Both the position numbers and the translations under genes were made by a program. A stretch of 64,000 bases of DNA from Chlorokybus atmophyticus (Eukaryota; Plantae; Mesostigma and Chlorokybus algae): assembly GCA_009103225.1 (NCBI GenBank), contig RHPI01001965.1, forward strand, positions 623,580 through 687,579. The letters run 5' to 3'. Within the stretch, counting starts at the first letter, position 1, and the number at the start of each line of letters is the position of its first letter. Positions 54,345 to 64,000 of the stretch are shown here, in pieces. The notes under the pieces were generated by a model. The model was not told the DNA's origin, did not search any database, and was given only the letters and a program-made list of their open reading frames with translations.

Positions 54345-54745
54345 CTCTCCAACTGATAGTCGGGTGCCGCCTGTTTAGCTGTAAGTGGCGCTGCCGCCTC
54401 CAACGCTGCCGCCGCCGGTTGGCCCGCCCGAATGTATGAGGCGCGAAAACGAAAATGAGGCGGTTTTGAACGTCTAGAGTCCCGCACTAGAGTCGCACTT
54501 GTAGTGCGTCCTTGCTCCTATGGTTGATGGTACGACTTATGCATTCGTGCCATGCATGCTTCGTACAACCATTGTTACCAATGGTTGTGTCGTAACATTT
54601 ATGGTACGACAGAGGCATCTCTCGTCCAACCCCAGCGATTGCCGTACAATGGCTCTGTCGTACCATCCATGGTACGACAGAGGCATTGCTCGATCAGCCC
54701 AAATGGGAGTTAGCATGCACTCACCCAAACACGCTTCATTGATGG
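54345..54745. promoter_or_regulatory. Divergent intergenic region with ATGGTACGAC repeats
   Basis: ATGGTACGAC at 54527, 54601 and 54669, inverted copy at 54657; ATGGTACGACAGAGGCAT occurs twice. Confidence 0.5.
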
Positions 54746-54749
54746 CCGG

Positions 54750-57700
54750 ATGATGGCACGCAGGGGCACCAGGTCGATGACGGGTCGAATGTCAGGCTTG
54801 ATGGGCCTGGGTTCGACTAGGAGGCGGAGGACCAGGAGTCGGAGGAGGCGGCGGCGGCGGCGGCGGCGGCGTGGAACATCTTGCGAGAAGTTGTGGTCGT
54901 AAGAGTTCAAGCAGCGAAGCCAGCTACTACCGGTCGCCACGTCATGGATCATGGCAGGCGTCAGCAATGGGGCTGTCCAACATGCATCACCAACATTGGA
55001 CAAACCAGCAGGCAAGCCATTAAAGACCATCTTCACATAGAGAGCTGCTTGGTGGCTCGCTTTCTGCAACAGGGAGCGGATCAGGAGCTGCAGTCCTTGG
55101 AGCCCCTTGTCAGAACCATGCGGGACCAATTGCGGCTGTGGGAACAAGCACAAAGGAATGCAGAGGTACGCTCAACAGTCACATGCATTTCCTTGCAAGA
55201 GCAATTTGTTTTTTAGCGCAGTCCATGTGATATATGTAGCGTGGCTGCAGGCCTCCACTATTCACCCATACCCACCCTACAGTCAAGCCAACATTGCGGA
55301 AGCAAGAGCAGATAGACAGAGCTGGGCGGCGGTATGTTGTTGCCAATCTTGCTGTGCATGTTGACTGCAATGTCGGCTCCAATGCATGCCTACCTTTCCA
55401 TGCTAGGATGTGCGTGAGCGTGCGAAGTCGCGCGCGCGTGCCGAACGAAGTAGGCTGGGTTTGAGCACAGGAGCGCGTGGCCATTCGTCCGGCATTCAAC
55501 CAATAGTGCATCAACCAGCAATGACGCAGTCCATGCAATCATTCGTGCATCAACCAGCAATGCCGCAGGTGACTGTTCGAAGCAACCAACTGATGACGGT
55601 GTGACGCAGTTGACTATTGCAATTGCAGTGTCGCAAGCATGCAGCTAACCCACATGTGATTGGTTGACAGCACCACAGTGCACTAAGTCCTGTTGGAGCT
55701 CCTATGCAAGCCTGGATTCAATTCCGTCGACTGGTCCTTCAATCCCACTTGCTGATGGGCGCGGCGGCAATGCGACATCAGTTTAACATGCACGTTGGCC
55801 TGTTAAATTTCGACATGTCCATTGGGGCAGTGGCGCATGATGTGCCCATGGCTCTAGAGTTCCGTGACGAGTCTGCCATTGAGGGTGGCGGGGAGAGTGC
55901 AGCCAATACCACCTTGTCAGCCCCCATGGCTTCCCCTGCTCCATGCAGCCCACGGGCCATTGAGGTAAGTCGCTGTCTTTTATGCTCGTGCCTTGGTAAC
56001 AATGCGTCAGGCACTGCATAAGCTTATATTCGTCCTTTGCAACATTGTGAGCCATCTTATCCTGGGTCCTGTATACAGCCCCCCTTGCTGCATGCACAAG
56101 TGGTCTCACCTGCAGCTCCTGCTCCCCTCCCAGCCAGAGCGCAACCACCTTCCGCGGCACCAGTCCTTCGTGCACTGCCATCTCCTCCACGAGCAGCACC
56201 GGTGATTGCGGGGCAACAATCCTTCTTGCCGCCACCGGCGAGCCTACAGCACAATGCAACAACCGATGTGGCTTCTGCACCTACCTTACCCCACCCGCTG
56301 CAAGTTGAAGCCGGCAGGCTGCCCCAAACTCAGGTACTTTATCAGTCATTGTGACTCTTGCCGTTCACAGTTGGACACACCATGTGAGTGCTGTATGCGC
56401 ATGCAGCAGGGGTCACCACCTGCCAGCGAGTCATCAGAGGAGCTGGCCGCAACCCGCATACGGCCATTAGTCATGCTAGGTGGCCAGCTCGCCTCATGGG
56501 ACCACTTCAATGCGCCAACGGATGGTAACTGCTTCTACCATTGTGAATTTCGCGCCAGGCCATCCATAGCGCAAAGTGTCTTGGATGATCACAAGTGCCT
56601 CAGCTCGAGCAGATTTTGGGCCATGCTGGACACCATGGACGACGACGGCAGGGGGCACACTCTCCGCAAAATCACCGCCAAGGCTGTCGATGCAGGCGTG
56701 GCGAGCAGAATCCTAGACTTCTGCAGAGCCACTGGTGCCGCGGGAGAGATGGCGCAGTATTACGACAAACTGCCTGCGACCATGTTGGCTGATATCAACT
56801 GCAACATTGACCCAGCCATGGCCAAGGTGCGACAGATCGTGCGGAGAAAAGATGTGTACGTCGAGCACCTGCAGATGGCCATGTTTGCCAACAAGCTGGG
56901 CTTGTTGATTGGCTTCGTGACCGTTCAGCGCGAGCATGGGGAGTGGGTGCCACGGCCCGGCAGCGCAGTCTGGGTTGGAAATAAAGAAGCCCCCAACTCA
57001 GTCCTGGTGGTGGGCAACACTGCTCCTGATGAGCCAGAAGCACACTTTTGGCTCCTCAAGCCTGCAAGCACCGAACAGTGGTCGTGGCCTATGCATGAAG
57101 TGCCACCGGAGGTAACACACCTGATCGGAGAGTGGCGGCATGGCGTTGCCAATTCCCCGCTACCACCGGCTGTGACCCAGAGTGCTGCGCCAACGCCTCA
57201 GGCCTCGCCTTCGTGTGCTAGGCAAGAAGTAGCCGAGTGTTCTGCACATCCTGCCTCCCCTCAACCACAGCCACATGCTCGCAATCCCAATTCAGCACCC
57301 TCCCTTCCTGCCGCGGAGACTCACTTGCCACCGCACTCTGACCATCCGGAGGCATCTCCATCAAGAAGCAGCTGTAGCTCGCCCTCTCCCTCTAAGCTTG
57401 CCACATTGATCCCAGCCTGTCTTGTTGGTAAAGAGATTGATCGAGGTGTCCTGAAAGCTGCGCTGAAAGACAAAGGCTTCATGCTCGACCTCATGAAGCA
57501 ACATGAGGTCGTGGAGGAACGGGAGGCAACCAACAAGCGCAAGGCTGTGGAGCAAGAAGATAACGCCTTACCTCCTCTGAGTGACAGTGCCACGGAGAGC
57601 GCCTGCCAGGATGTGCAGGGTGACAAAAAAAAAAAGAAGAAGGTTGTTGGAACAAAGGACGCTGACAGGACCAAAAAAGGAAAGGTGAGGCATCGTTACA

Positions 57701-58795
57701 ACATTAGAAGAAGCACAGCGCCTTGAAGCCTCACTGGGGCTGACTGTGTGTCCTGAGTAGGCACAGGCGGGTTTACAGCGTCAAGTGGCTGCTCAGCATC
57801 GTCCAGAGAGACAGCCGGTGCGGCACGAGCTGCCTAAGCTCAAAGCACCGACGCGCAGACGCTTTGGGGGGCTGACTCGTAGTGCAAAGGAGTTGATCAC
57901 CCTACAGTACGCCCAAGACGCGCTGCATCACCGCATGCGGCATGCCTCGAGGTGGGTGACGAAAGTTTGCAATAAGTGGGAGCAAACGCGGAGAATGCGG
58001 TCTAAACAGACCTCTGGGGATTGGCCGTGGTTGGAACCCATACACGATATGGCCATCCGTAGTACGTTGTTGCCCCTCGCCGTCCTCGATATGATGGTGT
58101 TGTTGCTGCCGCAGCACCCCGGCAATGTGCAAGAGCTATCTGCGGAGCAGAACTTCGACCTGCTGCAGCAGATGTACCTGTCGATGTCGACTAATGCGGG
58201 TCGAGATGTGTGCCACTACCTGAGCAAACATACTGGGTGGCAAGTAAAACCATTCGAGCTGTACTTGGCATGCTTTGGCTGGCAGTGGCTGTATGTCATA
58301 CGGCACGTCGAGCTGATTCTGTGGAAGCTCGAAGAAAATGACGATGCGGGGGAGTACACGAGTGACGACAGCCATGTCGAGGGCCTGGATGAACGCACGC
58401 TGGACGAGACCACCAAGATTAGCAGGTGGTGTATGGCGGCAGATGGGCGTCAGGTGATCGAGCAGGCAGTGGAGCGTTATGCTGCGCCATTCAGATGGGA
58501 GTCGCTACGCCTGCGACGCGATAACAGAGTTTGGTGGCAGAGGCAGCTTGCACACCCGCGTGCACCATGTGTGCTGATTTGTCGCATTGAAGAGCCACCC
58601 CCCCCAGCGGATGGGGAGACGCCCTGTTGCAAGAAAGCGATGTGCCATGTCTGCATCATAGCACATCAGAAGACTGTGGCATGTAAATCAAAGAATCTAC
58701 AAGCGTGTCCATTCTGTAAGCAACCTCACCCGTTTTGGTCGCCACGCCTGATGCAAGACGCCAACGTGTCGGCGGTGATTTGGCCCCCGCCTTGA
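54750..58795 (+). CDS. OTU-like cysteine protease plus C-terminal RING-like finger (multi-exon; 5' exons unresolved)
   Basis: APTDGNCFYH (OTU Cys box), VEHLQMAMFANKLGLLI and EAHFWLL (His box). A phase-0 intron 57685-57778 joins it to an exon ending CVLIC...PCCKKAMCHVC...CPFC. Confidence 0.7.
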
Positions 58796-59039
58796 TGCCA
58801 ATTGTGCATGTATTGTAGTTTTGTGTTGGCTTCCAGTGAACCATGTAGGTACATGCATAGTTGCAGCATGGTGCATGGTGCACCAGAGATCATCTGTTGT
58901 TAGAAGCATTGGCTGTATATGTGTATGATGACTGCCCGGCGCATGAGTCAGTGCATGGCTTGCATACCTCGCTGGTTTAGAGCGTGGTTGACAGCAACAA
59001 ACTCGGACAGCGCTCTGGGTTCCATGGCATGACAGCACA

Positions 59040-59274
59040 GTATTACTCTACGATCGTGGTAGTATGCGAGTATCCTTGTTCTGTAGTACCATTAACAGAT
59101 AGAGTACCATTCATGTTGATGTAGTACCATGCATGGTACTGCAATAGCGTATAAGGTACAGTCGTGCTTCGCTTGAAGTTTGACCCATTTAGGGTTCGTA
59201 AGCTGGCAACCCTAAATTGATGCCCATACCCTAAAGTCTCGATTTGTGGGCAGCCGTGCCGATTCCTATTTTGC
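59040..59274 (+). promoter_or_regulatory. Putative promoter with GTACCAT repeats and three telo-box-like motifs
   Basis: AGTACCATGCATGGTACT palindrome at 59123-59140; TTTAGGGTT at 59188, AACCCTAAA at 59208 and ACCCTAAA at 59228. Confidence 0.45.
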
Positions 59275-61003
59275 ATGATGTCGGCGGCAGCAGTTGAATC
59301 ACCCTCACCTAGGAGACCATGCTTGGTGTGCCCACAATGCAATGCATACGTATGTGCCAATGGCCGTAGGCAGCAAATGCGAGCACACGTGACCGAATGC
59401 CAGCGAGTGCAGACAGTGTGCCACGGTTTTAGTGCTGCTTGCTGGCATCACACCACACACAATGTCGACGTGTTTGGCTGCCGCCGCGGCCAAGTGCTGT
59501 GCAAGGAACCCGAGTTTTTCCATTGCGTGCAGTGCGTGTGCGAATCGTGCTTGCGCTCATGCTTCGAGTGGCGAGGGGAACCCATGCGCTTCTTCACATG
59601 CACAACACCGGGACATGTGGTTAGTGGACAGGTGGTGGATGCTGTGGAGGTAACCCACAAGAGTGGACCGCGACGTATCACTGCATGTTATGTTGGGCGT
59701 ATTCTTATTTCATGCATGTTGAAGCTGTTGTCGCATTCAGAGCAGTCTTGCACGGTGTGGGCGTGGGCAGTTCCATCCCCCGGCCGCTGTAGAGGAGGCA
59801 GACCATCGACCGTTGGACAGCGCACTACATCGGCTGCGGAATGCAGTTAAGTTGGGATGCGAGCAGCTGATCGGTGTGAGTGTCATGGTGCATTGGCCGC
59901 TGGATGGGGAATGGTATGCGGGCGTTGTGGAATCATTCAAGCAAGCGTCAGGTCAGCATCGCTTCGTGGCGTGCGAGATTGAGGACGCATCATATATGCA
60001 TGGTGCAATGGAAAATGTCTTTGCAGGGCAGCACCGTATAGTATTCGATGACGGTGATCGACCACAAACCATCAACTTCAAAGGGCACAACGTATTCGCG
60101 TACACATCAGTTGACGGGGCACGCCATGTTCTGCGCGTCGGAGGGGAGAACGTCAGTCGCAAAGTAAGCCCGAACGGCATCATTGTTAGTCCCTGGCCAG
60201 CACCACGGCCAGCCTTGACCACATACACGCCATTTGACAACAAGCTGGGACGCACACGCAGACCAAGGGCACTCGACCTATTCTGCGGCGGTGGCGGTGC
60301 CAGTGTCGGTCTATACCACGCAGGCTTTGACGTGACCGGGATGGACATAAGTCCCTCCTCTGAGTACCCGCTGCCCTTCATACACCGCGATGTATGCACC
60401 CTGAGTGCAGGAGAGCTGAGCGAGTACGAGCTCATCTGGGCCAGTCCACCATGCCAGGCCTATTCAGGTGCTATCCCGGCACCTCAACGGGCGGCACATG
60501 GCACATCCTGGAGACACCAGGATATGATACCGCTCGTCCGACGTCTGCTGCTTGCAAGCCAGGTCAAGTTTGTGATTGAGAATGTGCCAGGAGCAGCTTC
60601 CTCATTCAGACCCAATCTGTCCCTTTGTGGCACGATGTTTGGCCTATCAACTTTCCGACACCGTCTGTTTGAGACACAGCCAGTGGTAGCTACCCCACCA
60701 GCACGCTGCTCGCACGCGGGCAAGGCAGTTGGACTGCTATCGCCGCACCTGTCCGCTAGCGCGAAGAAGACAATCGTGACATCAAACGCGCCACAGCAGA
60801 TGTACCCGGTCTATGGCCTTCCAAGCACCAGGGGCGGCATTGCTGCGTGGCAAACAGCGCTGGGAGTGCCATGGATGACCTCGGCCGTTTCCATAGCGAA
60901 TGCAGTTCCTCCCGCAATGGCGGAGTGCATAGGGCGTCTCATGCTTGAAACAATGGATATGCGCTGTGACTACCCTCCTGTGTCATGGAACTATGAGGCT
61001 TGA
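59275..61003 (+). CDS. Zn-finger/Cys-rich + Tudor + C5 cytosine DNA methyltransferase fusion, 520 aa, join(59275..59649,59741..59951,60027..61003)
   Basis: 1563 nt, phase-consistent GT-AG introns. Tudor: LIGVSVMVHWPLDGEWYAGVVESF...HRIVFDDGD. MTase motif I LDLFCGGGG, IV ASPPCQAYS, VI IENV, VIII FRHRLF and X ANAVPP. Confidence 0.88.
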
Positions 61004-61206
61004 GTGTGGTGCACTGTATTGATGCTTAATGCCACACGGCGGACTGATTGTTGAATGTTGCATGGATCATTCGATTGTGGTGACAGTTGTGCAGTGACAG
61101 CTGCCCGGTATTGTACACGTCCACATGCAAAAGTCTTAGCATACGATTAGCAATGCCTAACTGACTGATATGCTCCAAACTCAGAGTAGTGAGACAAGTA
61201 CATGTG

Positions 61207-63992
61207 TCACGTGGAAGTGCAGTGAACGTTCACCCAATACTTGCCCTCTTGTACACGGGCGCTGTCCTTGTCAAACATGGGGAGCAGCTGGACAATGCCT
61301 TTTACTTGCTCCAGAGTCACGACATCGAGATGTGGACCGCCTCGACGCTTTTCCCATTCCAGAGCGATGCACTTTGTGTCGCTCGTCACATCCAGCTTCG
61401 TGTACCAGCGGACAAACACGACCTCCTTCCACACGCGCTCGCCGCTACCACCCCACACCACCACGCGCAGAAAAAGGAGTGCCTGAGCCCACCACGTCAC
61501 GTTCACACCGTCCTCATCACCTTCCAACTCAAGTGTAGAGAACCAAGGCCGCCCATGGAACATCCCAGTTGCGCGCGCCATGCTGACTCCTGATGTCATG
61601 TACACCGCTGCGCCTCCGTTCACCACGCGAACAGCACGCCACCCGTCGGCCAACTCCAGTTGTTCCCTCCTCAACCAGCTGTCCAGGGTGGCAGGCAGCT
61701 TGTCGGCAAATGGAGTCTTCAAGGCGACTTGGCGGCTACGCGCAGATCCGCTCCAGTACGGGCTGGACTCCCTCCTTGTCAGCACATCCATCCGTAGCAA
61801 CTTGTCCGTCTTCTCCATGACATTACAGCACTGCTGCCGCGCCTGCGCCATGACCGAGCGCATCTCGGGATCCACGACCATGCCATCCTCTCTCACATAT
61901 TCCGCACAGCTCCATGCCTTCAGGATACGTGCCTGGTAGTCCCGGTTGTTGCCACCACGCGCCCACCGTTTGATATTTTGGGCGTGCGTCTGCTCCATGC
62001 GGTTGGCGCTGAACCAATCTGGGTGTCCACTGCTGACAATTGCCGGCCCAAAATGAGTGAGCTGATGCATCTTCTCGATCTTCCAACCTGACTTCTGTGC
62101 AGAATATGACGACAGTAGCGGATGCAACACTGCAGCTTTGAAGGCAGCCAGCTCGTTGTCGGCTGTGGTCAGGGTCTCTCTTGTGTGTTCATGCGCCTTC
62201 AGCAACTTCTTGTTCCACTGGGCAAGCGATGCGGCAGCAATGGTGAAGAAATCGTTGCCCTCACTGTCGAGCAGCAAACCGTCTGCGAGGACCGGCAGCA
62301 GCTGCAGCACCGCCACTTTCTCCACCACCTGAAAGGAGTGGTCGGACAGGAAGAAATCTACTGTGCTTGTGGGTGCCTTGAAGTGCGAAACCCGCAGAGT
62401 CGCCTTGCATGCATTCAGCCTGTGCACATCTGCTCGTGAGCACGTGTTGTTGGCTTTTGTGTTCAACACAAAAGCAACACCAAAGACGTGCCTGGCCTGC
62501 AGAATCTGTCTCGTGGATGGACGCATTCGTTCCTTCGCGGCGTCGTACACAGCAGCAAGCAGGTGGTCAATGATGCCTCCCAGCACATGCATTGCGTCAG
62601 GGGCAAGACGAGAGTAGCAGTCAGCTCCCGGCACCCGCGACTGTCGCCAACCCCACAGTGCATTCTGTTGCCAAACCACATTGCCTGGTTTCACGGAAAG
62701 CCATTCATCCTCACGAATGCCGGTAATTTGACCATTACCTCCTCGACATGCATGGAGTGCTGCTCTTTGAAAGCCTTGGCTGTCTGGCGTGCATTCCTAA
62801 CACCGCTATGCAGGTCCGCCCGCAGCTGACGTATTGCTGGTGTGTAGAAGGCCTCGGTTCTCAATTCCCGGTCCTCATCCATCTCCAACAGATCTGATTT
62901 GGTGACGAGACAAACATCGCAAGGATGTCGTGTTTGGTTGCCCGACACAGTGCGTGCGAGTGTGGCAGTCTCCTACAACACGACAAACTCAGATGTTCTA
63001 CTGACAACATCCTCCATGCACTGTTTGCTGGCGGGCTGCATCCGGTTACAACCATTCATGCCCACTACCTGCAAATCGCTGATGTAGTTGGCAAGCGCGG
63101 GAAACACACGACGCTCGATGCCATTCGGGTCGATGAGCTGCAGACCTTCCCAACTCGCCCGCTTCACATCCCCTAACACTACATTCAAAGCGTCATGAAA
63201 AATCTCACGTTTCCGAATGGAGAACGATTCCTTGCCCTGCGCCCAGGTGGGATGCCCGGCCACTGCGTGAACCACCGGCAGAAGCGCTATCATAACAACC
63301 CCCATGTTGCTAGCATACATGTCCCAACTGTAGTTGGCAAGCGATGCCATCAGAGGGTAGCCAGAGCGCTTGCCCGCGCTGTCCAGCGTGGTCTTGTCAC
63401 TGTACAGAATGGCAGGCGCCAAGTAGGACGCTTCCCCCACCTCTCTCCTCAAATCCACCTCCACATCCTTCCACCAATCGCCCGTGGAAGGATGGCCAAA
63501 GCTGTGCTCGTCACCAGTGTACTGGAGATTGAAGCCATTGGCGGCATGTGGATTGCCATACAACCGCGCGAGCCATACCTGCTCCGACCAAGAGCATTAC
63601 TTACTATGCTGGCCTCAGAATAGATACTGCATCGATACTGCATTAGGTACTGCATTTCACAGACCTTGGCCGGCATATATGTGACGCAGATGTCCTGATC
63701 CTCAGGGTCTCCAGGCTTGCGCAGGTCAGCCGTCACGTAGTTTTGATACGGCAGCACACTCGCATGTGCATATGTGACATGGCTCTAATAGTTGAAGCAC
63801 ATGCACCGCACACCGTGAACACACCTCAAACTGAGAGAAAGCAATCGTGGTCCGGAGGTAGCTGGCCGCATGCACACCGGTCTCCCACTGGAGCTTTTCC
63901 GTCAGGAAGTGTGCATTTCGGATGCACTTGATGATCCGCCCCATGTCGGAGGCCGACAGGCCTTGGCCGTTGTTGCACTGCACGAATGCCAC
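61207..63992 (-). CDS. Plavaka-type transposase (spliced, 5' end outside the window)
   Basis: STGDWW, APAILYSDKT, GYPLMASLAN, REIFHDAL, RRVFPALANYISDLQ|E, CDVC, PDAMHVLGG and KMHQLTHF...G...MEQTH...K...NNRD fit the Plavaka consensus pattern. No stops in the modelled exons. Confidence 0.85.
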
Positions 63993-64000
63993 TGCACTGC

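Larger units (their letters stand above)
51697..64000 (-). mobile_element. Putative giant Plavaka (CMC superfamily) DNA transposon with cargo genes; continues beyond the window
   Basis: The left end matches the terminus of the 23320-24710 element and is followed by a 53-bp array. A Plavaka transposase lies at 61207 to beyond 63992. I saw no TIR or host-like gene in between. Confidence 0.6.

Noticed and set aside
59813-61003. Methylase as an N4C or N6A enzyme
   Set aside because: It has PCQ and ENV motifs and no DPPY/NPPY/SPPY motif, which indicates C5 chemistry.
51697-64000. Endogenous giant virus as the source of the DNMT, OTU and RING genes
   Set aside because: I recognised no NCLDV hallmark genes (capsid, PolB, A32 ATPase, primase-helicase), and the genes are spliced and tied to a Plavaka transposase. 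A viral origin of individual domains remains open.

Overview
Eukaryotic nuclear DNA, about 50% GC, with many short spliceosomal introns rich in GCAT and CA. A streptophyte or green alga is my inference. The left 16 kb holds a pogo transposon end and four intron-containing host genes in two head-to-head pairs: MFSD6-like transporter / CYTH-like protein, and RecN with an organelle-type leader / HisC-family aminotransferase. The remaining 48 kb is a transposon-rich block with three parts. (i) A decayed CACTA/EnSpm-like element (about 15.7-31.6 kb), marked throughout by a dispersed GACTGTCAA motif and carrying a duplicated SET domain. (ii) A nested stack of copia, chromovirus, an intact hAT with a perfect 8-bp TSD, and a Penelope-like remnant. 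(iii) From about 51.7 kb to beyond the window end, a putative giant Plavaka (CMC) DNA transposon with largely intact, spliced cargo. The cargo is an unknown protein, an OTU-deubiquitinase/RING fusion, and a Zn-finger-Tudor-C5 DNA methyltransferase fusion whose catalytic domain looks phage- or bacterial-type. The headline candidate system is large CMC transposons carrying their own chromatin-modifying enzymes. Gene models, alignments and motif counts are by eye; no database searches were run.
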